Part shown: positions 46,772 through 57,560 of the stretch, piece after piece
Layout of the letters: each line of letters opens with the position of its first letter
How positions within the stretch are numbered: the first letter of the stretch is position 1
Assembly (NCBI GenBank): GCA_965221695.1
Contig: OZ244905.1
Location: 256,001 to 320,000, forward strand
Source of the DNA: Gammaproteobacteria bacterium
GTDB lineage: Bacteria; Pseudomonadota; Gammaproteobacteria; Eutrophobiales; Eutrophobiaceae
Reading direction: 5' to 3'
Length of the DNA stretch: 64,000 nt
The notes under the pieces: generated by a model
What the model was told of the DNA's origin: nothing
Seen by the model: only the letters and a program-made list of their open reading frames with translations
The model's database searches: none
Position numbers and translations under genes: made by a program

Positions 46772-49651
46772 ATGGATACCATACGGATCAGGGGCGCCAG
46801 AACGCATAACCTGAAGAATATCAACCTGGATTTTCCCAGGAATCGGATGATCGTTATCACGGGATTGTCCGGCTCGGGGAAGTCCTCCCTCGCGTTCGAC
46901 ACCATCTATGCAGACGGGCAGCGGCGCTATGTGGAATCGCTTTCCGCTTATGCCAGGCAGTTTTTGTCAATGATGGAAAAACCCGATGTCGATCATATTG
47001 AAGGGCTCTCTCCGGCCATCAGCATAGAACAGAAGTCGACCTCACATAATCCGCGCTCTACAGTAGGCACTATTACAGAGATCTACGATTATCTGAGACT
47101 GTTATTCGCCCGAGTAGGCGAGCCCCGCTGTCCGGAACACCATACCCCTCTGGCCGCGCAGACTATCAGTCAGATGGTGGATCTGATACTGGAACAACCT
47201 GAAGGAAGCAGGTTGATGCTGCTTGCTCCCGTCATCCAGGGAAGAAAAGGCGAACATGTTCAGGTAGTGGAACGAATCAGGGCTGAGGGTTTCGTGCGCG
47301 CGCGCATCGATGGAAAAGTGCATGAGTTGGATAACGCGCCAGCCTTGGAGCAGCGCAGAAAACACACCGTTGAGGCGATAGTCGACCGCTTCCGGGTGCG
47401 GCCGGATATTGGTCTGCGTTTGGCCGAATCCCTTGAGACAGCGGTACGGTTATCCGACGGCCTGGCAATTGTCGCCTCTATCGACGATGCCGACGCCGCT
47501 GATATCGTATTTTCAACCCGGTTTGCCTGTTCGGAATGTGGTTACAGCCTGGGTGAGTTGGAGCCCCGATTATTCTCTTTCAATAATCCGGTCGGCGCCT
47601 GTTCTCGCTGTGACGGTCTGGGGTTGATTCAGTTTTTCGATGCCGACAAGATAATTCAGGATCGCGCGTTAAGCCTGCAGGACGGCGCCATACGCGGCTG
47701 GGACCGGCGCAACGCCTATTACTTCCAGCTAATCAAATCCTTGGCAAAACACTATGGCTTTGCCATTGATACGCCGTATTTCCAACTGGACGAGGAGATC
47801 CGGAACGTGATCCTGCACGGCAGCGGAGATGAAAAGATTAACTTTGATTATCTGCATAGCAAGCGCGGTATCGTCCGACGCGCCCATACTTTCGAAGGCA
47901 TTATTCCGAACATGCAGCGACGCTACCGGGAAACCGAATCCATGATGATTCGGGAAGACCTGAATAAATACCAGAGTAATCAGCCCTGTCCGGCCTGTTC
48001 GGGGCAGCGTCTCAACCAGGCAGCAAGGCACGTATTCGTGGACAATGCCAACTTGCCGGCAATAACTTCCAAGACTGTGATGCAGGCTCGGGACTTCATT
48101 CAAAGCCTGGTCATACCGGGACAGCGCGGGGAGATCGCAAAGCGCATATTGAAGGAAGTTGATGACAGGTTGCGCTTTCTTGTCAATGTGGGACTGGATT
48201 ATCTGACCCTGGACCGGAGCGCGGAAACACTGTCCGGCGGTGAGGCACAACGCATTCGATTGGCCAGCCAGATCGGCGCCGGCCTGGTCGGCGTCATGTA
48301 TGTTCTGGATGAGCCTTCCATAGGTCTGCACCAACGTGACAACAAGCGCTTGCTGAATACATTGCGACAATTGCGCGATCTGGGTAATACGGTGATCGTT
48401 GTGGAGCACGATGAGGAAGCCATCCAAACTGCCGATCATGTCATTGATATGGGACCGGGGGCCGGGGTCCATGGTGGCGAGGTGGTGGCGCAGGGGAGCC
48501 CTGATGATGTCTCCCGTTGCCGTGATTCGCTTACCGGCGCTTACCTTTCGGGAAGAAAACGCATTGACATGCCGTTACGCCGGGTGAAACCTGATGCGGA
48601 ACGAATGGTGGTCTTATCCGGCGCCACAGGCAATAACCTGAAATCGGTGCGGTTGGAATTGCCGTTAGGTCTGATGACCTGTGTAACCGGCGTTTCCGGC
48701 TCGGGTAAGTCGACCTTGATCAATGACACCTTGTACCGGGTTGTTGCGCTCGAAATGAATTACGGCAACTCCAAACCAGCCCCTTTCCAGACTATCTCTG
48801 GTCTTGAATATATCGACAAGGTGGTGGATATCAATCAAAGCCCCATAGGCCGTACCCCGCGCTCAAACCCGGCTACTTATACCGGTTTGTTTACGCCTGT
48901 CAGAGAGCTGTTTGCCGCCACCCAGGAGGCCCGTTCCAGGGGTTACAAACCCGGGCGTTTCAGTTTTAATGTGAAAGGAGGGCGATGTGAAGCCTGCCAG
49001 GGAGATGGGCTCATAAAGGTGGAAATGCATTTTTTGCCGGACATGTACGTGATGTGTGATGTCTGCAAAGGCAAACGCTATAACAGAGAAACTCTGCAAG
49101 TCCGTTATAAGGGTAAAAACATCCACGATGTTCTGGAAATGACGGTGGAAGACGCCAATGAGTTCTTCTCACCGACGCCATTCATTGCACGCAAACTGCA
49201 AACTCTGGTAGATGTGGGGTTATCCTATATCCGTCTGGGCCAAAACGCCACCACGCTGTCCGGTGGCGAAGCGCAGCGGGTGAAACTGTCCAAAGAATTG
49301 TCCAAACGGGATACAGGCAAAACCTTGTACATACTGGATGAGCCGACTACCGGCCTGCATTTCCATGATGTCAACCAGTTGCTCGGTGTGTTGCGCCGGT
49401 TACGCGATCACGGCAATACCGTGGTTGTCATCGAACATAATCTGGATGTCATCAAGACCGCGGATTGGATCATCGACCTGGGACCGGAAGGCGGTGACGG
49501 TGGTGGAGAGATTATTGCCGCAGGCGCGCCGGAAGATATCGCAAAACTACCTCATTCCCATACCGGACGGTATCTGGCGTCGGTGATAGATAAACACGGC
49601 CCGGTCGAACCGGAAACCTCATCCCGACAATCGGAGTTATTGTCGGCATGA
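46772..49651 (+). CDS. uvrA: Excinuclease ABC subunit A
   Basis: GARTHNLKN, two Walker A motifs, two LSGGEAQR motifs, zinc fingers; divergent from ssb. Confidence 0.98.
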   Translation: MDTIRIRGARTHNLKNINLDFPRNRMIVITGLSGSGKSSLAFDTIYADGQRRYVESLSAYARQFLSMMEKPDVDHIEGLSPAISIEQKSTSHNPRSTVGTITEIYDYLRLLFARVGEPRCPEHHTPLAAQTISQMVDLILEQPEGSRLMLLAPVIQGRKGEHVQVVERIRAEGFVRARIDGKVHELDNAPALEQRRKHTVEAIVDRFRVRPDIGLRLAESLETAVRLSDGLAIVASIDDADAADIVFSTRFACSECGYSLGELEPRLFSFNNPVGACSRCDGLGLIQFFDADKIIQDRALSLQDGAIRGWDRRNAYYFQLIKSLAKHYGFAIDTPYFQLDEEIRNVILHGSGDEKINFDYLHSKRGIVRRAHTFEGIIPNMQRRYRETESMMIREDLNKYQSNQPCPACSGQRLNQAARHVFVDNANLPAITSKTVMQARDFIQSLVIPGQRGEIAKRILKEVDDRLRFLVNVGLDYLTLDRSAETLSGGEAQRIRLASQIGAGLVGVMYVLDEPSIGLHQRDNKRLLNTLRQLRDLGNTVIVVEHDEEAIQTADHVIDMGPGAGVHGGEVVAQGSPDDVSRCRDSLTGAYLSGRKRIDMPLRRVKPDAERMVVLSGATGNNLKSVRLELPLGLMTCVTGVSGSGKSTLINDTLYRVVALEMNYGNSKPAPFQTISGLEYIDKVVDINQSPIGRTPRSNPATYTGLFTPVRELFAATQEARSRGYKPGRFSFNVKGGRCEACQGDGLIKVEMHFLPDMYVMCDVCKGKRYNRETLQVRYKGKNIHDVLEMTVEDANEFFSPTPFIARKLQTLVDVGLSYIRLGQNATTLSGGEAQRVKLSKELSKRDTGKTLYILDEPTTGLHFHDVNQLLGVLRRLRDHGNTVVVIEHNLDVIKTADWIIDLGPEGGDGGGEIIAAGAPEDIAKLPHSHTGRYLASVIDKHGPVEPETSSRQSELLSA

Positions 49652-50583
49652 CTGCGCTGGTATGCGGCTCATTCGCCTATGACCGGATCATGGTATATCC
49701 GGGACGCTTCAAGGAAGACATACTCCCAGATAAGATACATATTCTCAATGTCTGTTTTGTTGTGCCGGATATACAGCACGAATTTGGCGGCTCCGGCGGA
49801 AATATCGTCTATAACATGAATCTGCTGAACCTGGATTGTCTGCCTATGGGCACGGTAGGGATTGACTTTGGCGAATACGAAAAATGGTTGGCGAGATACG
49901 GAGTCGACCAACAGCACTTGCGGGTCATAGACGACACTTACACCGCGCAATGTTTCATCACCACAGATCTGGAAAACAACCAGATAACAACATTCCAGCT
50001 TGGCGCGATGGCTTATTCCCACGAAAACAAGGTATCCATGGCGGAGGGCGTCAGCATCGGCATCGTGGCGCCGGACGGAAAAGCCGGAATGTTGCAACAC
50101 GCAAGTCAGTTTGCCGAGGCGGGGATCCCGTTTATCTTTGACCCTGGCCAGAATGTCACTGTGCTAACCGCCGACGAATTGTTAGTCAGTTTCAGGCATG
50201 CGACCTGGCTGATCTTTAATGATTATGAATGGCAATTGGTGGAAGACAAGACCGGATTGACCAGCGCCACCGTTCTGAACCTGGTCGACACCTTGATTGT
50301 TACCCGCGGCGCCTCAGGCTCGACAATTTATACCCGCTCAGGGCAAGTTGAGATCCCCTCCGCACAGGCGGAACGGCTAGCCGACCCGACCGGTTGCGGA
50401 GACGCCTACCGGGCGGGACTGCTGTACGGCCTTATGCATGATATGGACTGGGAGACGACCGGAAGGATTGCCTCGCTCATGGGCAAGATTAAAATCGAAA
50501 CGCAAGGAACTCAGAATCATGAATTTACCTGGCAGGAGTTTCTCGAGTTATTCGAGCGCCACTTTGGATATTCCCTGAAATAA
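49648..50583 (+). CDS. PfkB-family kinase (adenosine kinase-like)
   Basis: [30 protein letters not shown]. Confidence 0.92.
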   Translation: MTALVCGSFAYDRIMVYPGRFKEDILPDKIHILNVCFVVPDIQHEFGGSGGNIVYNMNLLNLDCLPMGTVGIDFGEYEKWLARYGVDQQHLRVIDDTYTAQCFITTDLENNQITTFQLGAMAYSHENKVSMAEGVSIGIVAPDGKAGMLQHASQFAEAGIPFIFDPGQNVTVLTADELLVSFRHATWLIFNDYEWQLVEDKTGLTSATVLNLVDTLIVTRGASGSTIYTRSGQVEIPSAQAERLADPTGCGDAYRAGLLYGLMHDMDWETTGRIASLMGKIKIETQGTQNHEFTWQEFLELFERHFGYSLK

Positions 50584-50708
50584 AGGGTCGCTCATTGAGC
50601 GACTCAGTATTCGACTGATCTCCTGCTGTTGCTGGAGTGGCGCCTGAGACCTGTGCCAACAGTTACATACATGTGCAACGCCCTGATCATGAGAGATTAG
50701 AAATGCCC

Positions 50709-50737
50709 TTGTATCTTCGGGAACTTTACCCTATACT
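50709..50737 (+). promoter_or_regulatory. sigma70 promoter of the rpsF operon
   Basis: TTGTAT-17-TATACT followed by GC-rich discriminator GCGCGC. Confidence 0.7.
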
Positions 50738-50784
50738 GCGCGCTGCTGACTGAGGGGCCTCTAACTTTATCGGAAGTTCCTTCT

Positions 50785-50836
50785 ATCCTTGCCTCACTGC
50801 TGGTCGGGAGGCTGAATCCACGAGGATATTACAATG
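50785..50836 (+). promoter_or_regulatory. S6:S18 ribosomal protein leader
   Basis: ATCCTT-GCCTC...GAGGC-TGAATCCAC-GAGGAT: stem pairing with the RBS and a CCR internal loop, resembling the E. coli rpsF leader. Confidence 0.7.
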
Positions 50837-51349
50837 AGACACTATGAAATTGTGTTTCTGGTCCACCCGGATCAGAGCGAGCAGGTTCCTGCGATGATCG
50901 AGCGTTACCGCGCTATGATCGAATCGAACCAGGGGACCATTCACCGGCTGGAGGATTGGGGGCGGCGCCTGCTGGCCTATCCGATCAACAAGGTCCATAA
51001 GGCGCATTACGTTCTGATGAACATTGAGTGCGATCAGGCCACCTTGGACCAGATCAACAACGCCTTCAGGTTCAATGACGCGGTTATTCGTGATCTCATT
51101 TTTCGCAGGGATGCTGCTATCACGACGCCGTCTCCGCTTGCCAAAAGCAAGGAACAGGAAAAAGAACAGACCGACGGCGCTTCGAATGACGCTATCGATG
51201 AGGAGACGGGCGGCAATCTTCCCGCAGTTGAAGATGCCGGCAACAACGATAGCAAAACTGAAACATTACCTCCCTCCCCAGAGCGGCAGGAACCGGATCA
51301 GCAGGAGCCTGGAACGGATAGCGAACAGACCAATCCAGAAACCACTTAA
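50834..51349 (+). CDS. rpsF: 30S ribosomal protein S6 with long acidic C-terminal tail
   Basis: [45 protein letters not shown]. Confidence 0.98.
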   Translation: MRHYEIVFLVHPDQSEQVPAMIERYRAMIESNQGTIHRLEDWGRRLLAYPINKVHKAHYVLMNIECDQATLDQINNAFRFNDAVIRDLIFRRDAAITTPSPLAKSKEQEKEQTDGASNDAIDEETGGNLPAVEDAGNNDSKTETLPPSPERQEPDQQEPGTDSEQTNPETT

Positions 51350-51369
51350 CCGAAAGATACAGGTGAGAC

Positions 51370-51594
51370 ATGGCAAGATATTTCAGAAGAAAACGCTTTT
51401 GCAAGTTTTCTGCGGAAGGTGTTGATGAGATTGATTATAAGGATATCAATACGTTGAAAGCATATATTACGGAAACAGGTAAAATTGTGCCCAGCAGGAT
51501 ATCCGGCGTCAAGGCGAAATACCAAAGACAGTTGGCAGCCGCAATCAAACGCGCGCGCTACCTGTCGCTGCTGCCTTACAGCGACGCTCATTAA
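51370..51594 (+). CDS. rpsR: 30S ribosomal protein S18
   Basis: [39 protein letters not shown]. Confidence 0.98.
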   Translation: MARYFRRKRFCKFSAEGVDEIDYKDINTLKAYITETGKIVPSRISGVKAKYQRQLAAAIKRARYLSLLPYSDAH

Positions 51595-51696
51595 ACCTTA
51601 ATTGCTCACACCGATGCGCTTGTGACCACCGGATTAGTGTTTGCTGTTAATGCAATGTTCAGGATAAAGCCGGCGTTTCTGGCGTAGGGGAGCGAG

Positions 51697-52605
51697 ATGA
51701 AGACGTTAGGCAACTACTTGCTGAGGACTCGCGTTCATTCGGCGCTGACCATCAGCGTATTGACCCTGCTCTCGATATTCATTTCACCTTTTTCCTATTT
51801 CATCAGCGGCGCGCCGATGGGCCTTGTTGCTTTGCGCAAAGGACCGGTTATCGCTCTCCAGGTTGCCGTCGGCAGCTCGCTGTTGATAGCGCTGCCAGCC
51901 CTGGCTTTCAACCTGCAGCTTGGAATGCCCATAGCATTCCTGCTAAGCGTTTGGCTCCCGGTCATATTGTGCGCGGGAGTATTACGAAGCACACAATCGC
52001 AAGGGCTGATGGTCATGTGCGCGATTACACTCGGCATAGTATTTCTGGCTCTGATTTACTTCATGATGGAAGATATACAAACATGGTGGCAGGAATGGTT
52101 TGAGTTATGGAAGGAATACGCGATCTCAGCAACGGCCGGGCAACGACTTGAACAAGCACACGAGTTTATCCGCAATATGCTATCGGCAATTTTAGCATCG
52201 GGTTTCGTTATCAGCCTGATACTGACCATGTTGCTGGCGCGCTGGTGGCAGTCTGCGCTCTTTAATCCGGGCGGTTTCAGAAAAGAATTTTATGCTATGC
52301 GGCTGCCGCGCGTTATGCTCTTTCCGACGCTGGCGGGATTGCTGCTATTGCTGGTTGCAGCCGACTTCGCATCCATTGCAATCCGGGACTACGTAATCCT
52401 GATGTTGATCCAGTACCTGTTTCAGGGATTATCGGTCATACATGGTTTTCTGTTTGTGAATGCGCGCTCCAAGGCCTGGTTGATTGCAATCTACTGCCTG
52501 TTTTTTATATTGCCGCACTATACCCTGTTATTCGTGAGCTGTGTCGGCATTGTGAATGCATTTCAGGGCGGAAAACCGATTCAAATCAGCGATAAGAGCG
52601 CATGA
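51697..52605 (+). CDS. DUF2232/YybS-like membrane protein
   Basis: LLARWWQSALFNPGGFRKEF; multiple TM segments; conserved position between rpsR and rplI. Confidence 0.85.
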   Translation: MKTLGNYLLRTRVHSALTISVLTLLSIFISPFSYFISGAPMGLVALRKGPVIALQVAVGSSLLIALPALAFNLQLGMPIAFLLSVWLPVILCAGVLRSTQSQGLMVMCAITLGIVFLALIYFMMEDIQTWWQEWFELWKEYAISATAGQRLEQAHEFIRNMLSAILASGFVISLILTMLLARWWQSALFNPGGFRKEFYAMRLPRVMLFPTLAGLLLLLVAADFASIAIRDYVILMLIQYLFQGLSVIHGFLFVNARSKAWLIAIYCLFFILPHYTLLFVSCVGIVNAFQGGKPIQISDKSA

Positions 52606-52636
52606 TTATGCTATGCTTGGGAAATCGTATACCTAA

Positions 52637-52787
52637 AGAAGCTCTGAACAAGTCCATCCTGGACTTGTCAGAGCACGCAAAACAAAAAATCGATTTTTGT
52701 TTTGCTATCAAATTCAATGACTTATCGTCATCGAATTTGGCGATACATCCCTGTATCGCAGGAACCTCTGACTTAATCAGAGTTTTC
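52637..52787 (+). mobile_element. IS5-like MITE, 151-bp copy
   Basis: AGAAGCTCTGAACAAG...AATCAGAGTTTTC flanked by CTAA direct repeats; several internal hairpins. Confidence 0.8.
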
Positions 52788-52821
52788 CTAAGCAGGGTTC
52801 CTTTAAGTCAGGAGTGAAATA

Positions 52822-53286
52822 ATGCAGGTGATATTACTGGAAAAAATCGGCAGGCTGGGCGAGTTGGGACAACAGGTCAACGTTAAACCCGGTTATGGCA
52901 GGAATTATCTTATCCCGAAAGGTAAAGCGGCGCCGGCTACCCCGGAAAACATAGAGAAATTCGAGGCGCGGCGCGCTGAACTGGAGAAGGCGATGGCCGA
53001 TGACTTTGCCAGGGCGCAACAGCGGGCGGAAAAACTCAACGAACTGGAAGTTGTCTTGAACCGGCAAGTTGTCTCTGATGACAGGTTGTACGGTTCCGTG
53101 GGTGTGAACGAGATTACTACAGCAGTTGCCGAAGCGGGCCATGACATTTCAAAACACGAAGTCAAGTTGCCCGATGGGCCATTCAAGTCGGTGGGCGAAT
53201 ATGAAGTTGAACTGCATCTGCACGCGGATGTAAACGCCCGAATTAAACTGATCGTGGCCGCTGAGCAGGAAACCGAAAAGGGCTGA
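52822..53286 (+). CDS. rplI: 50S ribosomal protein L9
   Basis: MQVILLEKI..LG.LG..VNVKPGYGRNYLIP, LYGSV. Confidence 0.98.
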   Translation: MQVILLEKIGRLGELGQQVNVKPGYGRNYLIPKGKAAPATPENIEKFEARRAELEKAMADDFARAQQRAEKLNELEVVLNRQVVSDDRLYGSVGVNEITTAVAEAGHDISKHEVKLPDGPFKSVGEYEVELHLHADVNARIKLIVAAEQETEKG

Positions 53287-53305
53287 GCGCGGCTGGCAGC
53301 CCGAT

Positions 53306-54700
53306 ATGGCCGAACCCGCTTATACCTCGCCCGACCCCGAAACCAGGGGGCTGAAAGTCCCTCCACACTCCATTGAGGCCGAGCAGTCAGTGCTTGGCGG
53401 AATGTTTCTGGACAAAGATGCTCTCATTAAGGTGGTGGAGCGTGTGCAGCCGGATGACTTTTATCGCCGGGACCACAGGATAATCTACAATGCCATCAAT
53501 GCGCTGGATGACGAGGGGAGGCCCATTGATCTGGTAACGGTTGGCGAGTGGCTGGAAGCCCATAGACAGTTGGATGATGCCGGCGGTTTGTCTTACCTGA
53601 CAGAGTTGGCGGAGAACACGCCCAGCGCAAGCAATGTCAGCGTCTATGCGGATATTGTGCGCAAACGCTCAATCCTTAGACAACTGATCAGCGCGACCAC
53701 ACAAATCAATGAAACCGTCTTCAACCCGATGGGTCGCAGCAGCGAGCAGGTGCTTGATTTTGCTGAACAGGCGATTTTTGCAATAGCTGAGCAGGAAACC
53801 AGGGGAAAACGAGCTTACTACACCGTCAAAGACCTGCTGAGAGGGGCCTTGGAACGGGTAGAAGAGCTCTATGAGAAGAAAACGGCTATTACTGGTATCG
53901 CCACCGGTTTTAGTGATTTTGATGAGCGCACCGCCGGTTTGCAGAAATCCGACCTGATCATCATCGCCGGTAGACCTTCCATGGGCAAAACGGCGTTTGC
54001 CATCAACATAGCCGAGCATGTGGTTATCAAGGAAGAGTTGTGCGCGGTAGTCTTCAGTATGGAGATGCCAGGTGAACAACTGGCCATGCGTATGATGTCA
54101 TCTCTGGGGCGGGTAGACCAGCAACGGGTTCGCACCGGAAAACTACAAGATGATGATTGGCCGCGCCTGACTTCGGCGGTCTCTATGTTAAAGGAGAAAA
54201 AACTGTTTATCGATGATACGCCAGCGTTGACGCCAGCGGAGTTGCGGTCAAGATGCCGGCGCATAGCCAAGGAGCACGGCCTGGACCTGATCATCATTGA
54301 TTATCTGCAATTGATGCAGATTCCAGGTACCTCAGAGAATCGCGCCACGGAAATTTCCGAGATCTCGCGCTCCTTGAAAGCAATGGCCAAGGAATTGCAG
54401 GTGCCTGTTGTCGCCTTGTCTCAGCTCAACCGAAGTCTTGAACAACGCCCAAATAAGCGGCCGGTCATGTCCGACTTGCGCGAATCGGGCGCTATCGAAC
54501 AGGACGCCGATGTCTTGGTATTTATTTACCGTGATGAATTCTACGATGAGGACAGCCCTGACAAAGGTATAGCGGAAATCATTATCGGCAAACAACGTAA
54601 TGGTCCCACCGGCACGGTAAAAATGACTTTTCTGGGGCAGTACACCCGGTTTGAAGACTATACAGACGAACCTTCATATCTGCCGCACGGAGATGAATGA
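53306..54700 (+). CDS. dnaB: Replicative DNA helicase
   Basis: PPHSIEAEQSVLG, AGRPSMGKT, IDYLQLM, SQLNRSLE, DLRESGAIEQDAD; no intein. Confidence 0.98.
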   Translation: MAEPAYTSPDPETRGLKVPPHSIEAEQSVLGGMFLDKDALIKVVERVQPDDFYRRDHRIIYNAINALDDEGRPIDLVTVGEWLEAHRQLDDAGGLSYLTELAENTPSASNVSVYADIVRKRSILRQLISATTQINETVFNPMGRSSEQVLDFAEQAIFAIAEQETRGKRAYYTVKDLLRGALERVEELYEKKTAITGIATGFSDFDERTAGLQKSDLIIIAGRPSMGKTAFAINIAEHVVIKEELCAVVFSMEMPGEQLAMRMMSSLGRVDQQRVRTGKLQDDDWPRLTSAVSMLKEKKLFIDDTPALTPAELRSRCRRIAKEHGLDLIIIDYLQLMQIPGTSENRATEISEISRSLKAMAKELQVPVVALSQLNRSLEQRPNKRPVMSDLRESGAIEQDADVLVFIYRDEFYDEDSPDKGIAEIIIGKQRNGPTGTVKMTFLGQYTRFEDYTDEPSYLPHGDE

Positions 54701-56090
54701 GCCGGCCCGCAAGGTAAAGACCCGATACCAATGCAGCGATTGTGGCGCAGTCACGCCCAAGTGGACCGGACAATGCGCGGATTGCAATGCTTGGAATACC
54801 TTAACGGAGTTGGCACAGCAACAGACAACCCCTCTCGCTGAACGGTTTCAGCCCTATGGCGCCGGTCAGTCCGTAATCCGCAAACTGGACGAGGTAGATC
54901 AGAACGAACTGCCACGCATGTCAACCGGGTCCGCTGAACTCAATCGCGCTCTGGGCGGCGGTCTGGTCAGCGGTTCTGTGATCCTGCTGGGCGGCGACCC
55001 GGGCATTGGCAAATCCACGCTGCTGTTGCAGGTTCTGTTATCACTATCAGACCGGGAGCGGATAACAGCTTTGTATGTCAGCGGGGAAGAATCCATCGAA
55101 CAACTCAGCCTGCGATCCGCCCGGTTAGGTTTGCCTAGCGCCGAACTACTTGTGCTGGCTGAAAACCGCCTGGAACATATCTTTAGCGCCGCGCGCCAAC
55201 ATCGGCCTCGGGCGCTCGTGATCGATTCCATTCAGACCGTATTTTCCGATGCTTTGCAGTCTGCGCCCGGTTCTGTGGCACAGGTGCGTGAGTGTGCGGC
55301 AAGACTGACGAGCTTTGCAAAACAGGCTAACACTGCAGTTTTCCTGGTCGGACATGTCACCAAAGAGGGCGCTCTGGCAGGTCCCCGGGTACTGGAACAT
55401 ATGGTTGATACGGTGTTGTATTTCGAAGGCGACAGCAATAGCCGTTATCGTATGATTCGTTCCGTAAAGAATCGTTATGGCGCAGTCAATGAACTAGGCG
55501 TATTTGCCATGACTGATAAAGGCCTGCGCGAGGTCAGCAACCCTTCGGCCATTTTTCTGGCTGCCCATGGCGAACCGGCGCCGGGAACATCTGTTCTGGT
55601 GACCCGGGAGGGTAGTCGCCCGCTTCTGGTTGAAGTCCAGGCGCTGGTTGACCAGAGCCACAGCAGCCAACCGCGCCGGGTAACTGTGGGCCTGGATCAA
55701 AACCGGTTATCTATGCTGCTCGCGGTGCTGCACAGACATGCGGGCGTTGGCGCTTGGGACCAGGATGTGTTCATCAATGTGGTCGGCGGCATCAAGCTCA
55801 CGGAGACTGCGGCAGACCTGGCTATCCTTGTAGCCATCATGTCGAGCTTGCGCGATCGTTCCCTGCCTGAAGATCTGGTTGTGTTTGGCGAAGTTGGCCT
55901 GACCGGCGAAATAAGACCTGTCCAACAAGGACAGGAACGTCTTAAAGAAGCGCAAAAACATGGCTTTAACAAGGCTATCATTCCCGCTGACAACAACCCT
56001 AAAACGAAATTGAAGCAGGTTAAGATATTTCCGGTCAGAAAGTTGAGCCAAGTCATTGACGCATTGCAGGAAATTGAACAAAAAATATGA
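54693..56090 (+). CDS. radA: DNA repair protein RadA/Sms
   Basis: CSDCG...GQCADC, GGDPGIGKSTL, KNRYG; start MNEP at 54693. Confidence 0.97.
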   Translation: MNEPARKVKTRYQCSDCGAVTPKWTGQCADCNAWNTLTELAQQQTTPLAERFQPYGAGQSVIRKLDEVDQNELPRMSTGSAELNRALGGGLVSGSVILLGGDPGIGKSTLLLQVLLSLSDRERITALYVSGEESIEQLSLRSARLGLPSAELLVLAENRLEHIFSAARQHRPRALVIDSIQTVFSDALQSAPGSVAQVRECAARLTSFAKQANTAVFLVGHVTKEGALAGPRVLEHMVDTVLYFEGDSNSRYRMIRSVKNRYGAVNELGVFAMTDKGLREVSNPSAIFLAAHGEPAPGTSVLVTREGSRPLLVEVQALVDQSHSSQPRRVTVGLDQNRLSMLLAVLHRHAGVGAWDQDVFINVVGGIKLTETAADLAILVAIMSSLRDRSLPEDLVVFGEVGLTGEIRPVQQGQERLKEAQKHGFNKAIIPADNNPKTKLKQVKIFPVRKLSQVIDALQEIEQKI

Positions 56091-56106
56091 AAGAGTACTA
56101 GATTTC

Positions 56107-57387
56107 TCAATAGAGAGGTTTCTTATTTTTTTCAGATTCCAGGCGTCGACGAAGCCCGGATGTCAGCTCTTGGGCCATGCCGATTTCCTGCTCCGACAAC
56201 TCCTGCAGCAGTGTCTCGCGCCGATGCATATCCATTTGGTTGCCGTCATTCATCAACAGGTTGTACCAGGCCAGGGCTAATGGCTTGTTAGCGCTGACAT
56301 CATCCAGGCCGTTGAGATAGATTAGAGCCAGGCTACGCTGGGCCAGGGCATAGCCTTGTTCAGCGGATTTCTCATACCATTCAATTGCTTGGGTCGGGTT
56401 TTTTTCTGTTCCGTCTCCATTGGCATAGGCGGCGCCCAGCCGATACTGGGCAGGGGCATAGCCTTCCTGCGCCGATCGGGTGAAATGCTCGAAGGCTTTT
56501 GCATAATCCTGCTCAAGTGTGTTACCCAGGGCATAGGCCATGCCCAGTTCATAATTGGATACAGCGCCGGAGTTTGCCAGTGGAGCAGGGCGCTGCGTAT
56601 CGGTTTGTGCTGCAGGCGCCAGATTCTCAGTATCCGATTTTGTCAATCCTGTTGCCATGCCGGAAGATTGTTCCTGTTCCTTATCCTTGCCGAACAAACG
56701 GCCCAAAAAACCTTTTTTTTCGGTTTTAGTCGGAGTTGATACCTGGGGAGTTGACACTTGGGTTTGTGGCTGTGCCGGACTTGTGGCCAAGGGCTTGGGT
56801 TTTTCGTCCCGGCTGAACAAACGCTTGATGAAACCCGGCTGTGTCGCCTCGGCATCGGAAGGCCGCTTGTTAACCTTGAGCGGAGGCAAGGATGCAGCTT
56901 CAATCTCTAGTTCTTCCCTGGTCTTTGCCGAACTGATACGTCGCAGACTGGCGAGGTTTCTGGCTGCATCCTTATGACCTTGCCGGGCAGCTTTTTCATG
57001 CCAGTGGATAGCCTCGGTATCGCTTTGCGGCGTTCCTTCACCCATCATGTACATATTGCCGAGGCGATACTGCGCATCGGCATAACCTTGTTCCGCAGCG
57101 CTGGCATACCAGCGTGATGCGCGCGCGACATCCGTTTCCACGCCAGCGCCGCGGTGATATAACACCCCGATCTCAAACTGGGCCAGGGCATTGCCCTCTT
57201 CGGCTAGAGCATAAAACAGTTCATAGGCAACATCGTACTCCTGGTTTTGTAATGCCTGGTAAGCGGCATCCAGGGTTTCTGAACTGGCGTTGGCGACTTG
57301 GTTTTCATCGCTTTCTGCATCAGCAGCATTACTCTCCGCAGCGACCAGGGCAATGATTAAAACGGCGGGAAGGAAAAATCGAATCAC
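56107..57387 (-). CDS. Exported Sel1-like repeat protein
   Basis: Signal peptide; repeated AEQG...AQ..LG..Y..G.G motifs in two blocks separated by a Pro/Thr/Gln-rich linker. Confidence 0.9.
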   Translation of the reverse strand: MIRFFLPAVLIIALVAAESNAADAESDENQVANASSETLDAAYQALQNQEYDVAYELFYALAEEGNALAQFEIGVLYHRGAGVETDVARASRWYASAAEQGYADAQYRLGNMYMMGEGTPQSDTEAIHWHEKAARQGHKDAARNLASLRRISSAKTREELEIEAASLPPLKVNKRPSDAEATQPGFIKRLFSRDEKPKPLATSPAQPQTQVSTPQVSTPTKTEKKGFLGRLFGKDKEQEQSSGMATGLTKSDTENLAPAAQTDTQRPAPLANSGAVSNYELGMAYALGNTLEQDYAKAFEHFTRSAQEGYAPAQYRLGAAYANGDGTEKNPTQAIEWYEKSAEQGYALAQRSLALIYLNGLDDVSANKPLALAWYNLLMNDGNQMDMHRRETLLQELSEQEIGMAQELTSGLRRRLESEKNKKPLY

Positions 57388-57560
57388 GGTTCACATACGA
57401 AAGCTATGTTAAGATAACATCTTATTGTACTTTAAAACCCGGTCGCTGAGAATACTCAAAATGTTCTGATAAGTCCATTGCGGGCTTTACAGAACAGCGC
57501 CCTCTTACAGCGCATAAACTCCCGGCTCAGACATAACCGGTTTTGTGGCATACTGCACCG

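Noticed and set aside
52602-52817. 71-aa ORF between DUF2232 and rplI (also 42043-42231)
   Set aside because: Both coincide with MITE copies and are most likely incidental reading frames.
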